Source: an uncultured Lacihabitans sp.
GTDB taxonomy: Bacteria > Bacteroidota > Bacteroidia > Cytophagales > Spirosomataceae
Length of the DNA stretch: 64,000 nt
Direction: 5' to 3'
Assembly (NCBI GenBank): GCA_964489955.1
Contig: CAZBAV010000006.1
Coordinates: forward strand, 42,848-106,847
Shown: positions 32,594 through 41,683 of the stretch, in pieces
Position numbering within the stretch: position 1 is the first letter of the stretch
How the letters are laid out: the number at the start of each line of letters is the position of its first letter
Position numbers and translations under genes: made by a program
Notes under the pieces: model-generated
What the model was told of the DNA's origin: nothing
Seen by the model: the letters and a program-made list of their open reading frames with translations, nothing else
Databases searched by the model: none

Positions 32594-32740
32594 AACCCGA
32601 ATTACGCATTAGATTATCTACTGCCCCAAAATGCTATTTCGTGTAAGGTTTAGTGCCCTCCCAAACCATAATTTACTATGTGTTTCACGGTATCTATTTT
32701 GTCGCATTTCGTTTCTCTTAAATAATGCATAATTCGGGTT
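32594..32740. repeat. copy 2 of the palindromic repeat seen at 12430, here with ~104 nt between the arm parts (MITE-like)
   Basis: Termini AACCCGAATTACGCATT (32594-32610) and AATGCATAATTCGGGTT (32724-32740) are inverted repeats with 1 mismatch in 17. The left part (CCCGAATTACGCATTAG-ATTAT-CTACTGC) parallels the 12430 hairpin up to the start of its right arm. Confidence 0.45.
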
Positions 32741-32835
32741 ATGGCTAAAGCAAAATGCAGCCACAATATTGCTGGTATACAATTTTGTTGGTCTTCATTA
32801 ATCAAGTGCCGTTTTTTCTTGCTGTTTGTACGGAA

Positions 32836-33843
32836 TTACATCAAGATGTTGTTTTGTGCTTGGATAGCAGCGGGCAGGTCTGTTGCATCCAGCATTTCTT
32901 TCATATCCGTTTCAATCATCACACTTATTTGCGTTATAGACACGTCATTTGCACTGCCTTCAAAAGGATTCATAGAACTATTTCCTACTGAATCTAGGGT
33001 CACAAAGGTCCAGCCTATAATGGTTGTGAATGGTATAACGAAATAGATGGTCCAACCTTCCAGAAAAGAGCCATCGCCCAAGTGGTTAAATTCCTTTAAA
33101 AGCCCGAAAGGAAGTAGAATAACGAAAAGATATAATAGGTACTCTGTAATGGAAGCAAAGTTTCTTGGGTAGGGGAAATTCTTAATGCGTTCGGCTTTTC
33201 CCTGATGGTCATAAAAAGCTTGTATACTCTGCTGGAGTTGCAATTGCTGGAAATCGCTTAGCTTACCTTCGTGGTGTAATCGGTTTATGTTTTCCGATTG
33301 TAAAGCCAGAGTTTGGGATGCTTTGTTTTGCTTGCCCATTAAATATTCAAAATCCTTGAGGTTCAAAAAGCCTTTCACTGCATCTTTCAAGGCTGTTTGG
33401 TGTTCTGGGACAGTGTAATAACCACTTTTATACTCGCTGTAGCGAGTCTCGTCCATGGTTTCCCATTTCCGAGACTCTCTGAGTTGATAGCGTAGAAAGG
33501 TAAGCCAAGCGAAATGCCTATCAAAAAAAGAACGGGCCAGCTCGCTCTCCTTTCCTCCTGAAAAGTCACGTGCTTTTACTGCAAAACTCCTGCTATCATT
33601 AATTATAGCTCCATAAATCTGACGGGCTTCCCAAAGGCGGTTGTAACTGGCATTGTTCTTAAATCCGACAATAAATGCTACAGCTGTGCCCAACATAGCT
33701 ACTGGTAACCAGGAAATAGCAATAAAAGTGAGTCCAGCACAATACAGAACTGTGGGTACAAGTGCGATTAGGAAACAGAGGTAAATATCTCTTCTGCTCC
33801 AGATAATAAATTCTTTGAGATTGTATCTTTTCCCAATGTTCAT
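32836..33843 (-). CDS. bestrophin-family (YneE/UPF0187-like) ion channel
   Basis: 335 aa. Has two N-terminal TM helices, a helical cytoplasmic region and two further TM helices. Overall layout and sequence resemble bacterial bestrophin homologues; this is recognition only. Confidence 0.6.
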   Translation of the reverse strand: MNIGKRYNLKEFIIWSRRDIYLCFLIALVPTVLYCAGLTFIAISWLPVAMLGTAVAFIVGFKNNASYNRLWEARQIYGAIINDSRSFAVKARDFSGGKESELARSFFDRHFAWLTFLRYQLRESRKWETMDETRYSEYKSGYYTVPEHQTALKDAVKGFLNLKDFEYLMGKQNKASQTLALQSENINRLHHEGKLSDFQQLQLQQSIQAFYDHQGKAERIKNFPYPRNFASITEYLLYLFVILLPFGLLKEFNHLGDGSFLEGWTIYFVIPFTTIIGWTFVTLDSVGNSSMNPFEGSANDVSITQISVMIETDMKEMLDATDLPAAIQAQNNILM

Positions 33844-33912
33844 TGTTAGTGAATTAGTTTAGTGGCGAAAAATACAAATTCTAAGAGAACTGTCTGAGTC
33901 TGTCCGTAATAA

Positions 33913-34497
33913 TTATTTTTTTCTGAAGACTAAATGGAGTTTAACAGGGATTTCATCCGCTATAAGTTCGTTTTTAGCTAGGGAGAGAGGATTTGGAGAC
34001 TTGTAGGTTATTCCCCACCAGGACCGCTGAATAATAGCTTCTGCAAGAACCACCGTACTTGCCTTTTCTTCTGTTAGTTTTACATTAAAAGCTATCTTCT
34101 TTTTAATGCCTTTTATTGTCAAAAAGCCCTCCACTCTATATTGCCCGGAAGCTCCGTTTTTGCTTATCTTAGTTCCGGAGAAAGTAGCCTTTGGGAATTT
34201 ATTAACTTCAAAAAAATCTTCGTTTTTGAGATGATCTGCAACCCCATCCTTTCCTGGTTTTGCATCCAGACTCCTAATCGTGTTCATGTCTATTTCAAAA
34301 TTGGCCTGGCTGATATTTCTGTCTTTGTCTAAGGTAATGCTCCCCGAAGAAAAAGAAATTAACCCTTCGTGACCATCAGTAGACATCCACATTTTACCTT
34401 TCCAGTGAACTTTACTTTCTTTAGTATCTAAAACAAGTGTGCTTTGGGTAAATGCTGGCAAATAAGCCAATAACATTAAAATCCAGATTTTTTTCAT
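33913..34497 (-). CDS. YceI-family periplasmic protein
   Basis: 194 aa with a signal peptide. YceI-like pattern (ESKVHWKGKMW..HEG..F..G....D...I) and a lipocalin-like length. Confidence 0.75.
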   Translation of the reverse strand: MKKIWILMLLAYLPAFTQSTLVLDTKESKVHWKGKMWMSTDGHEGLISFSSGSITLDKDRNISQANFEIDMNTIRSLDAKPGKDGVADHLKNEDFFEVNKFPKATFSGTKISKNGASGQYRVEGFLTIKGIKKKIAFNVKLTEEKASTVVLAEAIIQRSWWGITYKSPNPLSLAKNELIADEIPVKLHLVFRKK

Positions 34498-34683
34498 CGT
34501 GTAATATTTGTTTAAAGATGAGACAAGACTTTGTGTCCTGTAAAGGCCTCAAAACTATTTTTTACCGACTGGGAAAGTGTAAATAGAATGTAAATAATTG
34601 TAAATGAAATCGTAAATCTGTGATTTTGGAAATAACTTGCACTCATTGTATTTAAGTAGTGATAATGATTAAATATCCAAAGC

Positions 34684-35523
34684 ATGAGCCTCGGTAAGTT
34701 ATCTATTTTGCTGGCTCTTTTCTTGGCTTTTTCCTGCAACAATGTTAAGGATGAAGATAAACAGACCAACTTACTTCTCCGTAAAATTGGGCATCATCTT
34801 TTGTTATCTTCTGGAGATTCTACATCCCGGATTCTTCCAGTGCAGAAAACGGCTGTAAATAGGTATCAAATTACATTTGAGAATCAGCTTGAGATTATGC
34901 CAGATAGCTTGGCAAGTATAGTGGTACAGAATCTTAAAAAGGAAAAATCGGAAGGTCTGTATCGGGTGAGTGTATCTACTTGTTACAGTTCGGATATTGT
35001 ATATGGGTTTGAGTGGGATTTGAAGAGCAATGATAGTATCCCATGTTTAGGAAGGAAACTTCCCAATAATTGCTATGTTGTAGAAATTGAAAAGATTGTT
35101 CCTACTCCCAATCGCTCTCTTCTTTACGGATTTTTTATCGTAATTATTCTAGCGGGACTTGCACATCAGATTTACCAAAGAAGGCTTAAAAAAAGTACCT
35201 TAGTAGATAATGATACCGATGAATATCAGAAGCTGGGAGCATTTAACTATTTTCAAAAAACGGGAGTCCTTACACTGGAATTTCAAAAAATTGAATTGAC
35301 AGAAAAAGAAAATAAGCTTCTGAATATCTTACTGTTTCAAGCCAACGAAACGGTGAGCAGAGATTTTCTGCTCAGCGAAATATGGGAAAAAGAAGGTGTA
35401 TATGTCATTAGCCGTAATCTGGATGTCCTGGTGTCAAAACTCCGTAAAAAACTATTAGCTGACTCCACAATAAAAATCACAAATAGCCATGGAAAAGGCT
35501 ACAAACTGGAGATGTTGCAATAG
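34684..35523 (+). CDS. membrane-anchored winged-helix (OmpR/PhoB-type) DNA-binding protein without receiver domain
   Basis: 279 aa. Has an N-terminal lipoprotein-like signal (LALFLAFSC), a ~140-aa domain, one TM helix (LLYGFFIVIILAGLAHQIY) and a C-terminal Trans_reg_C-like block (LTEKENKLLNILL...VSRDFLLSEIW.....SRNLDVLVSKLRKKL.....I.....GKGYKL). Confidence 0.7.
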   Translation: MSLGKLSILLALFLAFSCNNVKDEDKQTNLLLRKIGHHLLLSSGDSTSRILPVQKTAVNRYQITFENQLEIMPDSLASIVVQNLKKEKSEGLYRVSVSTCYSSDIVYGFEWDLKSNDSIPCLGRKLPNNCYVVEIEKIVPTPNRSLLYGFFIVIILAGLAHQIYQRRLKKSTLVDNDTDEYQKLGAFNYFQKTGVLTLEFQKIELTEKENKLLNILLFQANETVSRDFLLSEIWEKEGVYVISRNLDVLVSKLRKKLLADSTIKITNSHGKGYKLEMLQ

Positions 35524-35784
35524 GAAAAATGTTTTATTCCGATTTAGAAGTACATATATTTTCTTTTGAATTAAGGATTCAATATCATTATAGTTTGATA
35601 TAAAAACTATATGATTCTTATGTTGGTTAAAATGACTAAATTATTTGTATCAGGAAGTAATTTACTTCAGCTACAAACTTATCTTATCCGTCTTTTATTT
35701 TGCTTTCATATCTATGTTTATAAGTAAATACGGGGACTAAGAAGAAAAATGCGTTTGTTCAATGGTAGATTTATCGGTACGATA

Positions 35785-37791
35785 CTACTGCAGTTTGTCG
35801 GATTTAGGCGGTCTAACAAAGTTTAGAGGTTTTTTCTTAAAATATCGCCAAAGTATCCCCATAAATTCAGGATATTCCCTAAGGTGGATTCCTCGAGATT
35901 TTACTGCCACAAAAAAAGCTAGCGAGAAACTCACCAGGAAATTACAGAAACCAACACCTAGTACTCCAAAAAACACAATGGTAAGATATACCCAGTCTAT
36001 ATTCTGTAAACCGATTCCATAGACAGCTATACCCGTATTACCAGCAGAAATAGTTATGTGCCGTATATCAAAAGGAATACCAAATACCTTTCCAATCATA
36101 CCGGACATTCCTAAAAAGAAACCCAAGGCTATGCTACCAATTATGGCTCCAGCATTTTTCTTGATGTATTTGGCTACTTTTTGACGGGTCTTTTCGGGTA
36201 AAGAAAGCCTAAGAAGAGGGTGTTGGACCAGTCTCTCGTCTATTCTCCTGAATTGTAATTTGTTTTGTACATAACCGGCAATTATGCCACTTAAAAATAG
36301 AAAAACTCCCGTATTGCACGCATAAAGCAGTGATAAACTATGCCAAGGGTGTTGTTCTTCCAGCATGTTTAGGGCTGCTGCTCCTCCCGCCACTTTTGCT
36401 CCAACTAGTAGGTGGTATGCCCACGCAATAAGGTATGTACCTGGAAAAACGATTATTAGGTTTCCAAAAAAGGAAGCAGTCTGGCTTCTAAAAATCTGGG
36501 ATACGGTTACGGCTAGGTTATTTAAGTCGGGTCTCCCGGATTTCTTTTGGTCCAGGGAGGCTGCCACGGCACTAGCGGTAAAAGCAGGTTGCTTGGTAGC
36601 AAGAGTTGATCCGGTTTGTTCTATTGCTATAAAACCCAAACTGTAGTTTGTACTATACAAAAAACCTGACCAAAACGGAGGTAATACTAGTTTTCCCAAT
36701 AGGTTTTTGAATAGAGCCACAAACACGATTATAAATCCTCCCCACATGGCACTTGTAAGCATTTTTGCATATTCTTTAGCAGATGAAGTAATATATTTAC
36801 TTCCTTTACTTCCTTTATGCTCAGCTATTTGGTAGGCTACATAACCCATCCCTTGAGAAAAAAGCTCACGGATACTGTTTCTACGATTTTCATTACGGAC
36901 CAAAATTTTAAAGAGCCCTACAAAGCGGTCAGTATTAAACTCTTTGTTGTTGTCCATAATATCTACCACTACTAACAGGCGTTGGAGCTTTGCCGATAAG
37001 ATTAGTAAAGCGTAAGTCTGGCGGAGGCTTGTACCTCTTTCTTGTTGTCGCTCCCTTATGTTTTCTATTTCCTTTTCTCCATCAAGCAAAACGGGGTAAA
37101 GTTGAGCCAGTACAGCCTGAATGTTCTCTGAATTGGTTTCCTTATAAAGACTTTGAACCAAATGGTTTTGGAGGATAAAAGGATTGTTTTCGGTGGTTAT
37201 TTTGTCTGAACAAAACTGCAAAACGTCTTTTTCTAAACCTAGCTGGGCTATCTGAACAGAAAGTATAAGCAAGGCTTCGTTTAGATGTTGGAGCATCCGC
37301 CGGTCGTTCGTTGCCACAGAAGATTCGAGTTCTTCTACAAAAGTTATCCACTTTTCTTGCGGAATCTCTTCTACCCAAATATAGTCATCTTTCTTATAGA
37401 AAACACGGTCTATTACATACAGGAAGTCATTGGCACTTTGTAAAGGCGGAAGAAGTTTGTGCTTTATTCTATCCGCAAACTCCTGGGGTAATCCACCTGC
37501 CAGAGGGATTCCGCTTTCTGTAAAGGTAGCAGTAAGGTTAGTATCAAAAAATTGAACCAAAAGGGCTCGTTGGATTTTAGATTTTACTGGTGGGTTTTGG
37601 CTCAAAAGAACCGTAACTCTTTCTATATTGGTTTCTGCACTTGTAAAGCCCGGATGAGCTGACGGTCTTAACTCTTTAAAGAGCTGCACTAGAAAATCGA
37701 GACTCTCTTCGGTAGAATTTATAGGGTAAGAATCTGGGTTTTGGATTACTTTATTGAGAAAGTCGGTTCTTTTCTTTTTTCTTTTAAACAT
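35785..37791 (-). CDS. large polytopic membrane protein, possibly the family historically labelled 'site-specific recombinase' (Gcr-like, PF10136)
   Basis: 668 aa. The ~330-aa N-terminal half is helical and soluble; the C-terminal half has at least 6 TM helices. A block such as EQTGSTLATKQPAFTASAVA fits my memory of that family. Not verified. Confidence 0.45.
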   Translation of the reverse strand: MFKRKKKRTDFLNKVIQNPDSYPINSTEESLDFLVQLFKELRPSAHPGFTSAETNIERVTVLLSQNPPVKSKIQRALLVQFFDTNLTATFTESGIPLAGGLPQEFADRIKHKLLPPLQSANDFLYVIDRVFYKKDDYIWVEEIPQEKWITFVEELESSVATNDRRMLQHLNEALLILSVQIAQLGLEKDVLQFCSDKITTENNPFILQNHLVQSLYKETNSENIQAVLAQLYPVLLDGEKEIENIRERQQERGTSLRQTYALLILSAKLQRLLVVVDIMDNNKEFNTDRFVGLFKILVRNENRRNSIRELFSQGMGYVAYQIAEHKGSKGSKYITSSAKEYAKMLTSAMWGGFIIVFVALFKNLLGKLVLPPFWSGFLYSTNYSLGFIAIEQTGSTLATKQPAFTASAVAASLDQKKSGRPDLNNLAVTVSQIFRSQTASFFGNLIIVFPGTYLIAWAYHLLVGAKVAGGAAALNMLEEQHPWHSLSLLYACNTGVFLFLSGIIAGYVQNKLQFRRIDERLVQHPLLRLSLPEKTRQKVAKYIKKNAGAIIGSIALGFFLGMSGMIGKVFGIPFDIRHITISAGNTGIAVYGIGLQNIDWVYLTIVFFGVLGVGFCNFLVSFSLAFFVAVKSRGIHLREYPEFMGILWRYFKKKPLNFVRPPKSDKLQ

Positions 37792-37904
37792 CGGTCTTGT
37801 GTTGGGATGGGCATCCTAATGTTAAAAAATGATATGCAAAAGTAAGTGTATTTTCTTTAAGTACCCTTTATAACCATTGGAAACCCCATGTGAAAAACAT
37901 AAGG

Positions 37905-38696
37905 TTATAGATACTTTTCTACCAAACTACTTAGAATTTTCTCATCTTTGGCGTTAAAAGATTTTGTGCTGTCATGTGGCACGTAGTGTATCTTGTAAGA
38001 AAGTAGTGCTGCTTCTGGCTTGGCTGTATTGTAGCCTATCATCCGAAGGGCAGTTAATGCATCAAATTTAGGATGGACTTTTACGGCGGTTGTATCATAC
38101 CAAAATCCAAAACCCTCTTTGGCCAATCTCTCCCAAGGAAAATAACGACTCGGGTCTACTTTTCTGCCGGGAGCTATATCTAGGTGACCCAAGAAATTAC
38201 CTTGGGGGATAGAATATTTGTTTTTTAAACGAGTTAATAGTGCCAATAAACTTTTCGTTTGCTCCTCGGCAAAAGGCTCGTTTCCATTATTGTCAAGCTC
38301 TATACCTATACTGACACTGTTTAAGTCAGTAAGACTGCCCCATTTACTTACTCCTGCGTGTTGCCCCCGGAGTAGGTCATTTAGCATATAATATATAGTT
38401 CCGTCACGGCAGATTACATAATGCGAGCTAACTTTGGTTTTTTCTATAGTAAATGTCCTTAATGTTTGCTCACAGCTATTTTGGGCAGTATGGTGTATAA
38501 TCACAAAATTAGGCTTCCTGGTGCCAAAATTAGTAGTGCCCACAAAAAGGTGGGTAGAATCTACTAAAGGAAATGCGGACAATTGTCTTGCATACGCCTC
38601 CACCTGTTTTTTATAGATTTTATTGCTGGCTTTATAGGGATTTGATACACATGACACAAAAAAGACGAGAAAAAGAAGGAAGACAAGTTGTTTCAT
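37905..38696 (-). CDS. N-acetylmuramoyl-L-alanine amidase (Amidase_2/AmpD-type) lipoprotein
   Basis: The track ORF extends to 38738. ATG at 38696 gives MKQLVFLLFLVFFVSC (lipobox). Blocks are FVIIHHTA, SSHYVICRDGTIY, GQHAGVSKWG and NSVSIGIELDN. Confidence 0.85.
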   Translation of the reverse strand: MKQLVFLLFLVFFVSCVSNPYKASNKIYKKQVEAYARQLSAFPLVDSTHLFVGTTNFGTRKPNFVIIHHTAQNSCEQTLRTFTIEKTKVSSHYVICRDGTIYYMLNDLLRGQHAGVSKWGSLTDLNSVSIGIELDNNGNEPFAEEQTKSLLALLTRLKNKYSIPQGNFLGHLDIAPGRKVDPSRYFPWERLAKEGFGFWYDTTAVKVHPKFDALTALRMIGYNTAKPEAALLSYKIHYVPHDSTKSFNAKDEKILSSLVEKYL

Positions 38697-38852
38697 AAAA
38701 AGGGGAAATCTAAACCAAAGCAAGTTAATAAATAGCACTAATTAAAGTAGGAATATTGGCTTTTAAATTTTTTACTTAGTTTTTATATTCAATAAAGAGT
38801 TTTGGGTTCGAGATATCGGTAATTTTGTGTGGTCATTAAGACTGAAGATTAC

Positions 38853-40043
38853 ATGAAAAAGAGTTTAATTTCCTTAGCGTTCGGTTCATTTGCTATTGGT
38901 ATGACCGAATTTACGATGATGGGAATCCTACCCGATATAGCAAAAGACTTAGCAATTGATATTCCCACGGCCGGCCATCTTATAGCCATTTATGCTTTAG
39001 GTGTGGTGGTTGGAGCTCCTGTTTTAGTATTATTTACTTCAAAATACCCACCAAAGAAAGTGCTGCTTTTTTTGATGTTTCTGTTTCTGGTATTTAATGG
39101 TATTTTTGCCATAGCACCAGACTATTATACCCTTATGGTGTCTCGTTTTATGTCGGGCTTGCCGCATGGAGCATTTTTTGGAGTGGGTTCTGTTGTGGCC
39201 ACACAGTTGGCAGATAAAGGCAAGGAAGCACAGTCTATAGCTATAATGTTTACAGGAATGACTATTGCCAATCTTTTGGGAGTGCCATTAGGAACGTACG
39301 TTGGCCACCATTATTCTTGGCGTACCACCTATTTATTTATTAGTTTGTGTGGTGCTGCCACCATGACTGCTATCTATTTTTGGTTGCCAGCCATAAAATC
39401 ATCTTTTACAGGCAATGTTTTTAAACAACTGGATTATTTCAAGTCGTCTCTGTCTTGGGTTCTTGTGGCTATGGTTTCTATCGGTACAGGCGGCCTTTTT
39501 GCATGGATGAGTTACATTGCCCCTTTGATGACAGAGGTGGCACATTTACCAGCAGACACTGTACCATTTATTATGGTTTTAGTAGGTTTAGGTATGGTAG
39601 TAGGTAACCTTCTGGGCGGAAAATTAGCTGATTCTATTTCCCCTATAAAAGCGGTTATCGTGTGTTTTTCATCTATGGCCATATGTTTGGTACTGGTTTA
39701 TTTTACAATAGATATTTCAGGAATGGCATACGTGTGGGCTTTTATAACCGGCATGATTTCGTTTACAATCGGCTCTCCAATACAGATGGTACTCATAGGA
39801 TCCGCCAAAGGTTATGAAACCATAGCCGCAGCTGGTGGTCAGGCAAGTTTTAACTTAGGAAACACTTTTGGAGCCTATTTTGGAGGATTGCCTATTGTGT
39901 ATGGGTTTGCGTATAATTCTCCCCTTTTGGTAGGAGTCGCTATGGCTTTAAGTGGAGTGGGTATTGCCACTTTTGTATTAGTTAATAAACTACTTTTGCC
40001 CAGAAAAAGTGTAATTTTGGAGAAAGAACTAGCCAATGGCTAA
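38853..40043 (+). CDS. MFS transporter
   Basis: The track ORF starts at GTG 38829; ATG at 38853 is more likely. Has about 12 TM helices and an MFS loop motif-like region after TM2. Confidence 0.8.
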   Translation: MKKSLISLAFGSFAIGMTEFTMMGILPDIAKDLAIDIPTAGHLIAIYALGVVVGAPVLVLFTSKYPPKKVLLFLMFLFLVFNGIFAIAPDYYTLMVSRFMSGLPHGAFFGVGSVVATQLADKGKEAQSIAIMFTGMTIANLLGVPLGTYVGHHYSWRTTYLFISLCGAATMTAIYFWLPAIKSSFTGNVFKQLDYFKSSLSWVLVAMVSIGTGGLFAWMSYIAPLMTEVAHLPADTVPFIMVLVGLGMVVGNLLGGKLADSISPIKAVIVCFSSMAICLVLVYFTIDISGMAYVWAFITGMISFTIGSPIQMVLIGSAKGYETIAAAGGQASFNLGNTFGAYFGGLPIVYGFAYNSPLLVGVAMALSGVGIATFVLVNKLLLPRKSVILEKELANG

Positions 40044-40548
40044 CTTTCTCAGTTTAGAATATTTAAGAACTGGCAATGATCGCCAGAAAGCAGCACATGA
40101 TACACTAACTGAAAACCATATGTTCCAGCAGTTAGTGGCGTATAATCCTATTTTGGTTGGGACTATTCCTATAGGTATTGATATTGAAAACAGCGACTTA
40201 GATATTATATGTGAAGTGGAGGATTTTCAAGGATTTTCAGATTATTGTAAATCAATCTTTGGCCAAATGGAGGGTTTCTCGTTAACTTATAAGCCTGATA
40301 GAGTACTTGTTAATTTCGTGATTGGGCTTTTTCCTGTCGAGATTTATGCTGAGAATGAGAAAACAAGCCGCCAAATGGCTTACAGACATATGCTTATTGA
40401 ACATGAGCTGTTGCAAATAAAAGGTGATGAATTCCGAAAAGAAATTATTGCTTTAAAGAAACAAGGATATAAAACAGAACCAGCCTTTGCTAAACTCCTT
40501 AATCTATCAGGCAATCCTTATTTGGAAATTCTAAAATTCGAAGAATAG
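40036..40548 (+). CDS. DUF4269-like minimal nucleotidyltransferase-fold protein
   Basis: 170 aa. The GTIPIGIDIENSDLDIIC block has the G-[ST]...D-x-D arrangement of pol-beta-type nucleotidyltransferases. The start overlaps the MFS stop by 8 nt. Confidence 0.5.
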   Translation: MANFLSLEYLRTGNDRQKAAHDTLTENHMFQQLVAYNPILVGTIPIGIDIENSDLDIICEVEDFQGFSDYCKSIFGQMEGFSLTYKPDRVLVNFVIGLFPVEIYAENEKTSRQMAYRHMLIEHELLQIKGDEFRKEIIALKKQGYKTEPAFAKLLNLSGNPYLEILKFEE

Positions 40549-40611
40549 TAATTGAGTATTCCCAACCTCGGTATTATTCGAATTTAATATTTATCCACTA
40601 TCATCAATCAC

Positions 40612-41115
40612 TCACACCTTAACCACTTTCTCAAACGCTCTCCTTGCACTTCCTCTAAAGTACACTTCTCCACAGTACGTATACTGCAGTTTTTCTAGGA
40701 TGCGTAGCATAGCGGCATTATCAAAATTGGTATCTACTTTAATACTAAAAACACCGTGGTCTTTGGCATAATCTTCTAACATACTGAATAAGACGGTAGC
40801 TATGCCTTTCCCTTTCGCTTTTTCAGCAGCAGCCACACGGTGCACTACAAGATAATCTCCATTCGTAAGCCACTTTCCTTCAATATCATCATAAGCAGGT
40901 TCTTTGTCAAAAATTATAGCGGCATATGCTAGAATTTCGTCCGCTTCTACCATTACATGGGCATAACCTTTGTCAAAATCATTTTGAATCGATTGGGGAT
41001 TGGGATATCCGTCTTGCCATTGGTTACTACCTGCCAGCTTACGCTGTTCTATGGCGTATTGTAAGATTTCCCAAACTTCGGGTAATTCATATTTTTCGGC
41101 TTTACGGAGAATCAT
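40612..41115 (-). CDS. GNAT-family N-acetyltransferase
   Basis: 167 aa with an acetyl-CoA-binding motif A-like block (VHRVAAAEKAKGKGIATVLF). Confidence 0.85.
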   Translation of the reverse strand: MILRKAEKYELPEVWEILQYAIEQRKLAGSNQWQDGYPNPQSIQNDFDKGYAHVMVEADEILAYAAIIFDKEPAYDDIEGKWLTNGDYLVVHRVAAAEKAKGKGIATVLFSMLEDYAKDHGVFSIKVDTNFDNAAMLRILEKLQYTYCGEVYFRGSARRAFEKVVKV

Positions 41116-41198
41116 TTCTTTAGTGTTTTTACAAAAATACTAAACTACTGACACACCTTTGTCACATAGCCCGGGCATCTTTGCTAAAAAAGAAAAAA

Positions 41199-41633
41199 AT
41201 GAAAATTATTGGCATTTCAGTACGTACAAGTAATCAAAACGGACAAGCGGCAATGGACATTCCGGCTTTATGGCAGAGGTTTTTTCAAGAAGGTGTAAAA
41301 GAGCGTATTCCAAACCTGAGCTCCAATGAAATTTATTGTATATACACCCATTATGAAGGCGACTATACTCAGCCCTACACCACCATATTAGGCTGTGAAG
41401 TATCTAGCTTCGAAGATATTCCCGAAGACTTTACAACACTAGAAATAAACATGGGAAACCATACTAAGATTGTAGCCAAAGGAAATATAAACGATGGTTT
41501 GGTATTTAAAGAGTGGCAAAAGATCTGGAGTTCAGATTTAGATAGGGCTTATGTAGCAGATTATGAAGTCTATGGACAGAAAGCTCAAAACCCTGAAAAT
41601 GCTGAGGTAGAAATCTATGTGGGTTTGCGTTAA
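41199..41633 (+). CDS. GyrI-like / AraC-effector-binding-domain small-molecule-binding protein
   Basis: The track ORF starts at TTG 41181; ATG is at 41199. MKIIGISVRTSNQNGQAAMDIPALWQRFF is typical of the GyrI-like fold. Confidence 0.65.
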   Translation: MKIIGISVRTSNQNGQAAMDIPALWQRFFQEGVKERIPNLSSNEIYCIYTHYEGDYTQPYTTILGCEVSSFEDIPEDFTTLEINMGNHTKIVAKGNINDGLVFKEWQKIWSSDLDRAYVADYEVYGQKAQNPENAEVEIYVGLR

Positions 41634-41683
41634 AGATTGTTAATAGCTTGTTTAGGAGGGTTTTTTCTTAGTACTTTTCACAA

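Noticed and set aside
32741-33046. Plus-strand ORFs 32741-33046 and 32755-32991, immediately after the MITE-like repeat.
   Set aside because: They overlap the 3' part of the bestrophin-like gene on the opposite strand and have no recognisable features.
40036-41115. DUF4269 nucleotidyltransferase-like and GNAT genes as a toxin-antitoxin pair (MNT/HEPN or GNAT/RHH type).
   Set aside because: The genes are convergent rather than co-transcribed, and no HEPN or RHH/DUF1778 partner ORF is present.
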